The position numbers and the translations under genes were made by a program. This document shows, piece by piece, positions 1 to 10,362 of a stretch of DNA of 64,000 nucleotides (position 1 is its first letter; every line of letters starts with the position of its first letter). Source of the stretch: an uncultured Bacillota bacterium (GTDB lineage: Bacteria > Sysuimicrobiota > Sysuimicrobiia > Sysuimicrobiales > Segetimicrobiaceae); contig CAWDRG010000015.1 in NCBI GenBank assembly GCA_963804645.1, positions 1-64,000 of the forward strand, given 5' to 3'. The notes under the pieces were generated by a model. The model worked only from the letters and a program-made list of their open reading frames with translations, was not told the DNA's origin and searched no databases.

Positions 1-673
1 CGGAGTTCATCAATGGCACGCTTGAGGTTGCCGGCGACGTTCAGCATGATCGCCCGCACCTCTCCGGACTGTGGAGGGTGGTGGAAGAGCGTATACTGGC
101 CGACACCGTATCCGCGCGAGGTGATCTGTACCCGCTTCGCCGGGTCGTTGGAGTCGAGTCCGACGACGATGAACATGTCCTCGTCGCCCGCCCCCGGTTC
201 ATGAAAGTGCTTCAAGTGGCTCTCCTGGAGCAGGATGGCCATCAGGAACGGCGGCGGAACTTCGGGCGAGGGCAGGGCAGCGATTTCGCCAATGACCTGC
301 TGATTCTGTTCCGCCGGGTTGGAGACCGAGGGGAGGGTGGGAAACTTGGGATCGTCGGCATCTCCACGAGACATGCCGCGAGCGCCTGATCGACCACACC
401 GGTCACCGCACTGACTCGGCCGCGGTTATAGTCCATCACCCGAACGGGCGCCGGCCCGTCGCCTCCGCTGCTCGCGCCCGCGTTGTTGAGGAGATCGTGC
501 TGCACCGCCTTGACGGCTTGCTCCGTTCCGACGCCAAACACGCCGTCAATCCCCACCCGAAGGTACCCGAGGGCTCGCAGGTCGCGCTGGAGATCGCGCA
601 CCTGGCCGGTGTTGGCGGCGGTTCCGCCCCCTCTCGAGGACGAGGCCGCGTTCCGGTAGCTATGTCCCGCCAT
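1..673 (-). pseudogene. Peptidoglycan-binding domain plus lysozyme/lytic-transglycosylase-like protein, broken by a 1-nt frameshift at about 357; runs off the window edge
   Basis: N-terminal part VRDLQRDLRALGY..IDGVFGVGTEQAVKAVQ is a PG-binding motif. After ATG-CC (361-357) another frame stays open to position 1: DDPKFPTLP...FLMAILLQESHLKHF...SRGYGVGQYTLF. Confidence 0.75.
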
Positions 674-889
674 CTGCGCTCTCCCACGTTCTGAGGTGGC
701 GCTCGCCTGCTCTGACCCTGTTCAGTACCGATAGTTCTCTTTAATGAAGGACGTCCCCTTGGAAACACCTCCCTTTGGTTGGATGGGAGGAGTCCTGGCT
801 CAAAAACTGAAGTCCTGGCTGGTTACGTGAGATACCCGCACGAATCGTGGCTCGATCTCGGAGGCCGAACCAAAGGGAGGCGAGACCGT

Positions 890-2449
890 ATGGTCGGACG
901 TCAACTGGGCACGCGGAATCACCTGATGCTGTTGCGTGCGGTCAGCGTGCTCGTGGCGCTGGCGCTGTTTGTTCCGCTCACGATGGTGCTGCCGCGTTCG
1001 TCCGCCGGTGCAGCGCCGGTGACGCTCACGATGGCGCGGAACGCCGACATGCTCACGTGGGACCCGTATCCCACCGGTGATGACCCGTCGATTTTCACCC
1101 AAATGATCGTGTACGACCGGCTTGTCAAGCTCGCGCCCTCGAATCGGGATGTCCAGCCCGAGCTTGCCACCTCCTGGAAAATGTCGCCCGACGGGCTCAC
1201 CGCGACGTTCACGTTGCGGCAGGGCGTGAAGTTCTTGGACGGGACGCCGATGACGGCCGATGACGTCGTGACGTCCCTCACGCGGGCGATCGACCAAAAG
1301 AGCGAATGGGGCTTTCTCTTCTCCCCGGTGACGTCCGTCACCAAGATCGACGACCATACGGTCGCCCTCCACATGTCGGAGCCGTTCGCCCCATTGCTGG
1401 CCGCGCTCTCCACATTCGCGGCGAGCATCTACTCGAAGGCGAACTACGAGAAGTACGGGCAGGCCATGACCGACCACCCGCTTGGGACCGGAGCGTTTGC
1501 TCTGGAAAGCTGGCAGAAGGGCTCGCAGATCACGCTCGTCAAGAACCCAAACTACTGGCAGCCTGGGAAACCGACGATCGACCGGATCATCATGCGGGTC
1601 GTCGGCGACGACAACACCCGGGTCCTCCAGCTGCAGTCCGGCCAGGTCGACCTCATCGACTTTGTGCCGCCGAACCAGGTGCAGCAACTGAAGGGTGCGG
1701 GCCAAAAGGTCTACGCGGTGAACGGAACCGCCGTCCTGCGCTACACGCTCAACGAGACCATCAAGCCGATGGATGAGGTGAACGTGCGCGCCGCGCTGGC
1801 CGCCGCCGACGACCGAGAGGCCGTGGCGAAGAACGTGTATTTCGGCCTCGCGACGGTGGCGCGGTCGCTGCTGCCGTCGACCACCCTCTATTACGATCCT
1901 AACGCGGGCCCGTTGACGTACGATCTGGCCAAGGCGAAGGCGTTTCTCGCCAAGTCCTCGGTGCCGAACGGATTCACCCTGACGGTCCAGCTCCCGGCGG
2001 GCAACCAGACGCTCCTCGATGCCGCGACGATCTGGGGGAACGGGCTCAAGCAGATCGGCGTGACGATGAATATCCAGCAGGTCGAGACGACGACGCTGAT
2101 CCAGCTGCGGAACACCGAGAAATACACGGTGTACAACGCGGCGTGGACGAACGACACGCCGGACCCCGACGAGCTGATGGGCGTGGCGATGGACTTCAAA
2201 TCGCAGCACGCCGCGCATACCTTCTACAACAACCCGCAGGCCGCGCAGCTCGTCGCCGAGGCCCGGCGTGAGCTGGATCCCAAGAAGCGGCAGGCGCTCT
2301 ACACTCAGCTGCAGATGATCGAAAGCCGCGACGCGCCGCAGATCTACGTCGTGGATGTGCCGCGTCTGTACGCGAGCTCCCCAAGTGTCGTCGGGTTCGC
2401 GCCGAACTCGCAGGGCAAGTACGGTTTTGAGAACGTGAGCAAGCGGTGA
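890..2449 (+). CDS. Peptide/dipeptide ABC transporter substrate-binding protein (family 5)
   Basis: Signal-peptide-like N-terminus; LATSWKMSPDGLTATFTLRQGVKF and GTGAF motifs; GGAGG RBS before ATG 890. Confidence 0.92.
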   Translation: MVGRQLGTRNHLMLLRAVSVLVALALFVPLTMVLPRSSAGAAPVTLTMARNADMLTWDPYPTGDDPSIFTQMIVYDRLVKLAPSNRDVQPELATSWKMSPDGLTATFTLRQGVKFLDGTPMTADDVVTSLTRAIDQKSEWGFLFSPVTSVTKIDDHTVALHMSEPFAPLLAALSTFAASIYSKANYEKYGQAMTDHPLGTGAFALESWQKGSQITLVKNPNYWQPGKPTIDRIIMRVVGDDNTRVLQLQSGQVDLIDFVPPNQVQQLKGAGQKVYAVNGTAVLRYTLNETIKPMDEVNVRAALAAADDREAVAKNVYFGLATVARSLLPSTTLYYDPNAGPLTYDLAKAKAFLAKSSVPNGFTLTVQLPAGNQTLLDAATIWGNGLKQIGVTMNIQQVETTTLIQLRNTEKYTVYNAAWTNDTPDPDELMGVAMDFKSQHAAHTFYNNPQAAQLVAEARRELDPKKRQALYTQLQMIESRDAPQIYVVDVPRLYASSPSVVGFAPNSQGKYGFENVSKR

Positions 2450-2517
2450 CGGCGCCGGTACACGGTCGCGGGTGACCGGGTACCGGCGGCGGACATCCCA
2501 GGCATCGCGATCGCCGG

Positions 2518-3456
2518 ATGATTCGCTACATCGCGGGACGGGTGCTCCTGATCCTGCCCGTGCTGTTTGGCGTCAGCATCGTCGTGTTCTTGCTGATCCG
2601 CTTGATCCCGGGCGATCCGGCGACCGCCCTCTTGGGGGAACACGCGACTCCTGAGCTGATCGCGCGTCTGCAGAAACAGCTCGGGCTGAACCTGCCGCTC
2701 TGGCGGCAGTACCTGATTTTCCTTGGAAACGCGTCGCACGGGAATTTCGGCCTGTCGTTCTTCTACGGCGAGAGCGTCTTTACGCTGACCGTAGAGCGCA
2801 TTCCCGTCACGCTGATGCTGATCACGTACGCGGCGCTGATCGGCCTCGTGATTTCGGTCCCGTTTGCGACGATCGCCGCGATTCGCCGTGAGACTCGCGT
2901 CGACCAAGCGATCCGGCTCGTGTTCACCGGCACGATCGGCATCCCCTCGTTCTGGCTCGGCATCGTGCTCGCGCTGCTCCTGAGCGTCAAGGTCCGGTTG
3001 TTCCCGCTCGGCGGCATCGGCACCGGCGGGTTTAACACGTTGTGGTACCTGACGCTGCCCGCGCTGACCATCGGCCTGCACATCTCCTCGACGCTCATGC
3101 GCTCACTGCGCAGCAGCCTGATCGAGGTGTTGAACTCGGACTACGTGACCACCGGGATTGCGATGGGACTGCGCCCGGCCACCCTGCTGGTCAGCTACGT
3201 GCTGCGGAACGGACTGACGCCATTCATCTCGGTGCTGGGCCTGAACATCGGCTGGCTGATCGGGGGTACCATCATCATTGAGCAGGTTTTCGGTGTCCCC
3301 GGGGTGGGGTCGTTGCTGATCACGTCGATCCTGACGCGGGACTACTCGATCGTCCAGTTCGTGACGCTCGTGCTTGCGTTTCTCGTGATCCTCGTGAATC
3401 TGCTGACCGATCTCGCCTACGCCGTCCTCGATCCGCGAGTGTCGTTCCAACGATGA
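2518..3456 (+). CDS. Peptide ABC permease (DppB/OppB-like)
   Basis: IPGDPA, PSFWLG, IIIEQVF, YAVLDPR motifs. Confidence 0.93.
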   Translation: MIRYIAGRVLLILPVLFGVSIVVFLLIRLIPGDPATALLGEHATPELIARLQKQLGLNLPLWRQYLIFLGNASHGNFGLSFFYGESVFTLTVERIPVTLMLITYAALIGLVISVPFATIAAIRRETRVDQAIRLVFTGTIGIPSFWLGIVLALLLSVKVRLFPLGGIGTGGFNTLWYLTLPALTIGLHISSTLMRSLRSSLIEVLNSDYVTTGIAMGLRPATLLVSYVLRNGLTPFISVLGLNIGWLIGGTIIIEQVFGVPGVGSLLITSILTRDYSIVQFVTLVLAFLVILVNLLTDLAYAVLDPRVSFQR

Positions 3457-4316
3457 GCGCCGTCTCGACGATCGCGCCGGCCCGGCCCGCACGCCGCGGG
3501 TGGCTTGCGACCACCCGCATGCCGCTCCGCGTCGGGCTCGCGGGATTCTTCACGATCGCCGCGCTCGCGGCGCTCGCACCGGTGATCGCACCGTACGACC
3601 CGACGGCGTTGGGGCTCGCGGGGGGGCTGCAGCCGCCGAGCGCGGCGCACTGGTTCGGCACCGACCAGCTCGGGCGGGACATCCTGACGCGGGTGCTGTA
3701 CGCGGCCCGGATTGACCTTCAGATCGGCACGATCGGCGTCACGATTCCGCTCGTCATGGGTGTCGTGATCGGGCTGTTCGTGGGGTACTACGCCGGCTGG
3801 CTGGACGCGATCCTCGGCCGGGTGATCGATGTCGTGACGGCGTTCCCGTTCCTCGTGCTCGTGCTCGCGATCGTGGCCATGCTCGGCCCGGGCCTCAAGA
3901 ATTTTTACATCGCGATCTCGCTTGTCAGCTGGGTGGCGTACGCGCGCATCGTGCGCGGGGAGGCGCTCGGCGTCCGTGGGCGCGGATATATTCTGGCCGC
4001 GAAGAGTCTTGGGTACAGCGACGCCCGCATCGTGTTCCGGCACCTGCTGCCCAACGTCATCGTACCGGCGCTCATCTTCGGCATGAGTGACTTCGTGCTG
4101 GACATTCTGGCCGGCGCCTCGCTCGGGTATTTCGGGCTTGGCGTGCAGCCCCCGGCATCGGAGTGGGGGGCGATGATCGCGCAAGGCCGAAACTTTATCG
4201 TCACGGCGCCCTGGGTGGTGATCTTCCCCGGGCTCGCGATTGTGGTCACGAGTTTCTTCGTCAGCTTAATCGGCGACAGCGTGTCCGACATCGTGCGGCG
4301 GGTTCATGCGCCCTAG
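3453..4316 (+). CDS. Peptide ABC permease (DppC/OppC-like)
   Basis: HWFGTDQLGRD, FRHLLPN, PPASEWG motifs; 4-nt overlap with upstream gene. Confidence 0.93.
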   Translation: MSAVSTIAPARPARRGWLATTRMPLRVGLAGFFTIAALAALAPVIAPYDPTALGLAGGLQPPSAAHWFGTDQLGRDILTRVLYAARIDLQIGTIGVTIPLVMGVVIGLFVGYYAGWLDAILGRVIDVVTAFPFLVLVLAIVAMLGPGLKNFYIAISLVSWVAYARIVRGEALGVRGRGYILAAKSLGYSDARIVFRHLLPNVIVPALIFGMSDFVLDILAGASLGYFGLGVQPPASEWGAMIAQGRNFIVTAPWVVIFPGLAIVVTSFFVSLIGDSVSDIVRRVHAP

Positions 4317-5313
4317 GAGCGCCCTCGGCGTTGAGGCACTGACGGTTGAGTTTCAGGGAAGCGGCCACGCCGTCGTTCGGGGCGTGTCGTTCGAGATCGC
4401 CGCCGGCGAAGCGTTTGGGTTGGTGGGAGAGAGCGGATCCGGCAAGAGCCTGACGTGCCGCGCCATCTTGAGACTGCTTCCGCGGGGTGCGGTCGCTGGT
4501 GGCCGGGTCACGTACGGAGCCTACTCGCTCCTCGAACTCGGCGACGCAGAGATGCAGACGCTGCGCGGATCCACGATCGCCATGATCTTTCAAGATCCGA
4601 TGACCGCCCTCAACCCTGTGCTGCGCGTCGGGGACGCGATCGCGCAGGTCGTGCAGTCGCACGACGGTCTCGGTGCGCGCGCGGCGAGGATGCGTGCGAT
4701 GGCGATGATGGAGCGCGTCGGGATCCGCGATGCGGCGCGCCGCGCGGGCGCGTATCCGCACGAGTTCAGCGGTGGGATGCGCCAGCGTATCCATATCGCG
4801 ATGGCGCTTGCCGCGCGGCCCACGCTCTTGTTGGCCGACGAGCCCACGACCGCGCTTGACGTGATCGTCCAAGCCGAGATTCTTCGGCTCCTCGATGATC
4901 TCCGCCGCCAGGAGGGGATGAGCCTGTTGCTCGTGTCCCATGACTTTCGCGTCGTCGCCGGCCTGTGCGATCGCGTGGGGGTGATGTACGCTGGGGAGCT
5001 CGTCGAGATCGGTCCAACGCGCACCGTGCTTCGGCGGCCGGAGCACCCCTACACGATCGGGTTGATGAACAGCCTGCCCGAGGCCGTGGTCGACAAGCGG
5101 TTGCGCGCGATCCCGGGAGCGCCGCCGGACCCCGGGCGTCTTCCTCCCGGATGTGCGTTCGCCCCCCGTTGCGAGCTGGCGGTCGACGCCTGCCGCGCGG
5201 CGCCGATCGGATTGTCGGAGACCGCGCCGGGGCACTGGTCGCGCTGCATCCGGACCGATCACCTGGATGAGTTGCGCCGCAGCCTGGCCGCGTCGAATTC
5301 CGCACGGACGTAA
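4306..5313 (+). CDS. Peptide ABC ATP-binding protein (DppD-like)
   Basis: GESGSGKS, FSGGMRQR, LLLADEPTTALD, HPYT, C-terminal CxFxPRC. Confidence 0.93.
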   Translation: MRPRSALGVEALTVEFQGSGHAVVRGVSFEIAAGEAFGLVGESGSGKSLTCRAILRLLPRGAVAGGRVTYGAYSLLELGDAEMQTLRGSTIAMIFQDPMTALNPVLRVGDAIAQVVQSHDGLGARAARMRAMAMMERVGIRDAARRAGAYPHEFSGGMRQRIHIAMALAARPTLLLADEPTTALDVIVQAEILRLLDDLRRQEGMSLLLVSHDFRVVAGLCDRVGVMYAGELVEIGPTRTVLRRPEHPYTIGLMNSLPEAVVDKRLRAIPGAPPDPGRLPPGCAFAPRCELAVDACRAAPIGLSETAPGHWSRCIRTDHLDELRRSLAASNSART

Positions 5314-6303
<990 letters not shown>

Positions 6304-6410
6304 TTTCGGCCGTCTTCCAGGCTGACATCTGGCCGACCACGCGGAGACGGGATGGGAAGCGCCTCGGGGGGACGCAGCGGACGGCTCGAACGCTCTGCCG
6401 GCGCTGAAAA

Positions 6411-7364
6411 TTAGGGCGAGACTCCTTCGAATTCGGAGAAGAGTGCATCGAAGGCGAGCGGCGTGGCGATGAGCCCCTGCGCGACCTGCTCGTTGAGGAA
6501 CGCCTGGACCACCTTGCGGCTCGCCGCGACGCCGTTCGGGAGCCAATCCTCGCCCAGCAGCGCGATCGTCTCCTCGAGCTCCGCGAGGGTCCAGGGCAGC
6601 ATCTCCGGCAGGGCCCGCAGACTTGCCTGCCAGGAGATCTTAGAGCGTTCCAGCGCGTCATAGAGACTCACCGCAGCTCCCGGATCCTGCGCGAACGTTT
6701 CGCGCCTGATCCCGACGATGTGCTGCAGTGGATAGATGCCGGTCCGCAGGTAGTACTCGCGCTCCGCGCGTTTGTAGTCCGACACGAGGCGGACGACCGG
6801 GCTGTCCGCCGCGTAGAAGCCCTTCGGGGGATTCGGACACATCAACGCGTCGAGTTCCCCCTCCAGCAGCATGGCAAGGAGGGTCCGGCCGCCGGCGATG
6901 TATTGGGCGTGCGGCGGCAGGGTGCCGCGGCCGCGCGAGGGCGCGCCGTCCAGGCTTCCGACCCACCACCGCATACCCTCGATCTTCACGTCGGCGTCAC
7001 GCAGGAGTGCGCGGGACCACGTGTTGCCCGTGGCGTGCCAGTCGTTCGTGCCGACGCGCTTGCCGGCCAGGTCCCCGAAGTCTTGGAGGCCGCTGTCCCG
7101 ACGCACGAAGAAGCACCGTTGGCAGAACGCTCGCTCCGCGAAAAACGGTATGGCGATCACGCTGGCATCGCCGGACGCCAGCCGCTGGATGTGCTTGCTG
7201 AGCGACAGCTCGCCGGCATGCACCGACGGGTCGTCGACCCACTCGAGCGCCCGCGCCGTGTCCCGCCGGAGCGTGAGGTCCAGGCGTTCCGGGATCACGT
7301 CGCCGCACGCGAGCGGCGCGAGATAGTCGTCGTTTCTCATGGCCAGCGTGATCGACAGTGCCAT
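6411..7364 (-). CDS. 4,5-dihydroxyphthalate decarboxylase-like protein (periplasmic-binding fold)
   Basis: ELSLS, DLAGKRVG, MLLEGELDA, EREYYLRTGIYPLQH resemble the Pht5 family; substrate not established. Confidence 0.7.
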   Translation of the reverse strand: MALSITLAMRNDDYLAPLACGDVIPERLDLTLRRDTARALEWVDDPSVHAGELSLSKHIQRLASGDASVIAIPFFAERAFCQRCFFVRRDSGLQDFGDLAGKRVGTNDWHATGNTWSRALLRDADVKIEGMRWWVGSLDGAPSRGRGTLPPHAQYIAGGRTLLAMLLEGELDALMCPNPPKGFYAADSPVVRLVSDYKRAEREYYLRTGIYPLQHIVGIRRETFAQDPGAAVSLYDALERSKISWQASLRALPEMLPWTLAELEETIALLGEDWLPNGVAASRKVVQAFLNEQVAQGLIATPLAFDALFSEFEGVSP

Positions 7365-7729
7365 CTCGTCTCCTTGCGCGGGGAGAGATCCGGCCCCCGT
7401 CGAATGAGACTCGCGGAAACATCCCGAACGATTGCCCTCGTGTAGACTGGATGCGGCTGGTGCACCGCCGGATGTCGCCGATGCCTGAGTATATATATGG
7501 CACGCCTACTCGCGGCACCTCTTCGCGAAACTCGTCTCGTCCATGCGCCGCACCCGTCTCAATTGGGATCCGGAGCGCGGATCGGCCATCTCCCGGCCTA
7601 GGGCGTGCGGCGGTCCGCCGTTCGCGGCGCGTGCTGCGGGTGACCGCGTGCGGCGCCATAGTGAATGGGTAACTCGATGGTGCGATTCACACATGGGGAA
7701 GTCGCGTGTTCGAATCTGGGAGGGTGACC

Positions 7730-8506
7730 ATGGCTGGCGAGGCACGAACGCGGACTCCTGGGATGCTCAACAAGGCCAAGACGCTGCAAGGATACCGATT
7801 GCACAGCCTCGACGGGGAAATCGGGACAGTGAAAGACTTCTACTTCGACGATCGGTATTGGACGATTCGCTATCTCGTGGTCGACACGGGGACGTGGCTG
7901 GCGAGCCGGCGGGTGCTGATCTCTCCTCACGCGCTCGGGGCCGTGAGCCGAGATGAGCCCTACATCGCGGTCAATCTGACCAAGGCACAGATTGCGGGCA
8001 GCCCGTCCTGGGATAGTGACAAGCCTGTCTCGCGCCAGTTCGAGGAGGACTATCATGAGTACTATGGGTGGCCGGTGTATTGGAGCGGCCCCGACATGTG
8101 GGGCTCGTATCCCACAGTTGCGCCGGACCCCGAACTCTGGAGAACACCCACCAAGACCGAAGAGGCATGGGATCCCCATTTGCGCAGCACGCAAGCGGTG
8201 AGTGGCTATCACGTCCAGGCGACCGATGGCGAGATCGGCCACGTGGCCGATGTTGTCATCGATGACGGGACGTGGGCGATTCGATATCTCATCGTCGACA
8301 CGCAGAATTGGTGGCTCGGGAAAATGGTCCTGGTGGCACCGCAGTGGATCGAGCGTGTGAGTTGGAGCGAGGCGAAAGTCTTCGTCAATCTCGCTCGAGA
8401 CGCCATCAAACAGTCACCGGAATACACGAACGACACGGTGATCACCCGCGAGTATGAAATCGGACTGCATCGGCATTATGATCGCCTTGGATATTGGGTT
8501 CTGTGA
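7730..8506 (+). CDS. Tandem PRC-barrel domain protein
   Basis: Two repeats of GY.(L/V)...DGEIG.V.D...DD..W.IRYL(V/I)VDT..W; GGGAGG RBS. Confidence 0.88.
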   Translation: MAGEARTRTPGMLNKAKTLQGYRLHSLDGEIGTVKDFYFDDRYWTIRYLVVDTGTWLASRRVLISPHALGAVSRDEPYIAVNLTKAQIAGSPSWDSDKPVSRQFEEDYHEYYGWPVYWSGPDMWGSYPTVAPDPELWRTPTKTEEAWDPHLRSTQAVSGYHVQATDGEIGHVADVVIDDGTWAIRYLIVDTQNWWLGKMVLVAPQWIERVSWSEAKVFVNLARDAIKQSPEYTNDTVITREYEIGLHRHYDRLGYWVL

Positions 8507-8918
8507 ACGGGGGCCGCCCACTCGCATGCCGGGTGAATTGAGCTCGACGGCGGGCTCCTTGCAGGTCTGAGTGACCCTGATCGGGCGGCCACACAAGAGC
8601 CCTCCAGACCAGGAGGATCCTGTTTAAATGCGGATTCCCGTGCTGATACCGGTCAAACCGAGCGTGTTGCGGCGGCGAGACGCGAGCGGTCGTGGATGGT
8701 CCTTTGCGCCACGTTGCACAAAGGTTGAGTTTTGAGAACGTAGGGTGCGGCAGCGGCATCGCTTGTGGGTTGTCGCTGTGGTGAATACGCGGCAGCAACG
8801 AGCTGCAGTTCCCTAGCCCGAGCATGCGGACGGCAGTTTGCAGGAAACATGGACACCTGAAGCCGCCAGCTATTGTTGACCTCGCCGTCTGCTCGTCACA
8901 CTGCGGCGATGATTGCTT

Positions 8919-9203
8919 TCATGCATCGACAACCAGGGTTTTATTTTTGACATCCACACGGCACTTCTTGCCAGTTTCCAATAATCCGGGAGCAACGTGC
9001 AACACATCGAATTTACCCACAGGAGGGTTGCGTCGAGTGCGAAGTGCCCGAATAGCGTGTTCCGCCATTTCACCTTCCCCTGGCTCACGTCCACCGACGA
9101 GCGTCAACACTTTGTGTTGATGGTGAATCTCTCCGGTTTCGGAGTCGTAAACGACACACGCCTTGACCGATTGCACCGGAAGCGTGGAACCTGCACTCAG
9201 CAT
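8919..9203 (-). CDS. Hypothetical protein, 94 aa
   Basis: AAGGAGG RBS upstream; protein-like composition (VVYDSETGEIHH...RVDVKNKTLV). Confidence 0.7.
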   Translation of the reverse strand: MLSAGSTLPVQSVKACVVYDSETGEIHHQHKVLTLVGGREPGEGEMAEHAIRALRTRRNPPVGKFDVLHVAPGLLETGKKCRVDVKNKTLVVDA

Positions 9204-9222
9204 ACCTAATATCGAACCTCCT

Positions 9223-9563
9223 TTAGCTCCACAACGAAACCATCAACAACAGCGTGGCTTGCTGTTCAGCCCCCAAATCGAGCTCGGCTGTGACGCTGGT
9301 CATCAACGGATCATAGGCCATGGGTGGGAGCCAATAAGTCAAATTTGCGATGGAAAAATTGTGATCCTGATCCGGCCCAGCCGGGTACGAGCGGGTAACA
9401 TACTGCGTTATGCCACCGGCGATTAAGCCCCCCCATCAGCTTGCGTCAATGAGCACTGCGCTATGGCCATCGTTGGCGCAAAATTGACCTGGATGCTTGC
9501 GGAGGCTCCATTACTGCCGCTGTACCCCCCGGTCCAATTCCACGCCATATTCTGAACGGGCAT
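9223..9563 (-). pseudogene. Hypothetical protein of about 113 aa, frameshifted in a G7 tract
   Basis: MPVQNMAWNWTGG...QADGG stops just after G7 (9428-9434). One extra G gives GLIAGGITQY...LLLMVSLWS*, ending at the next gene's RBS. Confidence 0.65.
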
Positions 9564-9651
9564 GCGAAGCCTCTCTTCCCGAAAGAGTTAGGCGGGTATT
9601 CTTCCTTTCGCTCCCCATTCCTCTAATCAAGTAATCAAGGATTTCTGCTTA

Positions 9652-9816
9652 ACCGGAGGATTGCGCCGCAGCGAGCTGGTTGCACTCGACGTCGACGACT
9701 ACTCGCCCACAATGGGCGAACTACGGATCCGACGCGGTAAGGGCGCCAAAGACCGCGTGTGCTATACGACGAACGGTACCATTAATTTAAAAGAAGACCG
9801 GTCGCGTCTATTTTAG
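9652..9816 (+). pseudogene. Tyrosine recombinase/integrase fragment
   Basis: Translates TGGLRRSELVALDVDDYSPTMGELRIRRGKGAKDRVCY (catalytic R and K motifs); no start codon and no HxxR/Y half. Confidence 0.8.
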
Positions 9817-10197
9817 CGACAGGCTGCTTTGTTCGGGTTGACTTACCGATTCCAAGAGGTCGGGCCCGTCGTTGGCCGGATTGTTGACCTTACGGCTGAC
9901 CGGCCACAGGTGGAGGATGCCTCGCGCGGCCGGTCGCATCAACGCCATCGGATCTCGCGTGGTCTCGCCCAGCCACGCCGGCCAGTCGGGTTCCTCGAGA
10001 ATGACCGGCATCCGATGGTGGACCCGTGCCATGTCCTCGTTCGCGGCCGTCGTGACGATCGTGAAAGTTCTGACCGCGCAGGCTGCGACCGGATCGTGCC
10101 ACACCTCCCACAGGCCGGCCAGTGCCATGGGCTGGCCGTCCGTTCGAGCCGCGGCGTACGGCTGCTTCTGCTTTTGTCCGGGGAGCGTTCGCCACTC
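9808..10197 (-). pseudogene. SRAP/YedK family gene, C-terminal part (interrupted)
   Basis: EW...KQPY...MALAGLWE...TFTIVTTAAN...HHRMPVIL...VSRKVNNPANDGPDLLE. Confidence 0.92.
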
Positions 10198-10199
10198 AG

Positions 10200-10211
10200 T
10201 TATATGGACAT
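10200..10211. repeat. Left terminal inverted repeat TTATATGGACAT
   Basis: Exact reverse complement of 15978-15989. Confidence 0.9.
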
Positions 10212-10285
10212 GCCCCGCATTCCGGCGGTCGGTCTCCCAAGCCACCTGCTTCGTGAAGTCCTACCTGGTCTTCGTGGACCGACCG

Positions 10286-10324
10286 GCCGTCGGCAGCGTT
10301 GAAGCAAGTGGGTTTGCCGACGGC
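10286..10324 (-). terminator. Hairpin downstream of the arylsulfatase
   Basis: GCCGTCGGCA / TGCCGACGGC 10-bp stem with a large loop and no clear U-tract. Confidence 0.35.
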
Positions 10325-10362
10325 GCTCGCATCATACGAACAGCGAGCCGAAGCCAACTCGA

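Noticed and set aside
10194..10197. ACTC at both junctions as a 4-bp target-site duplication
   Set aside because: No DDE transposase is present, and the IR offsets (2 nt versus 0) fit 6-bp coupling sequences better
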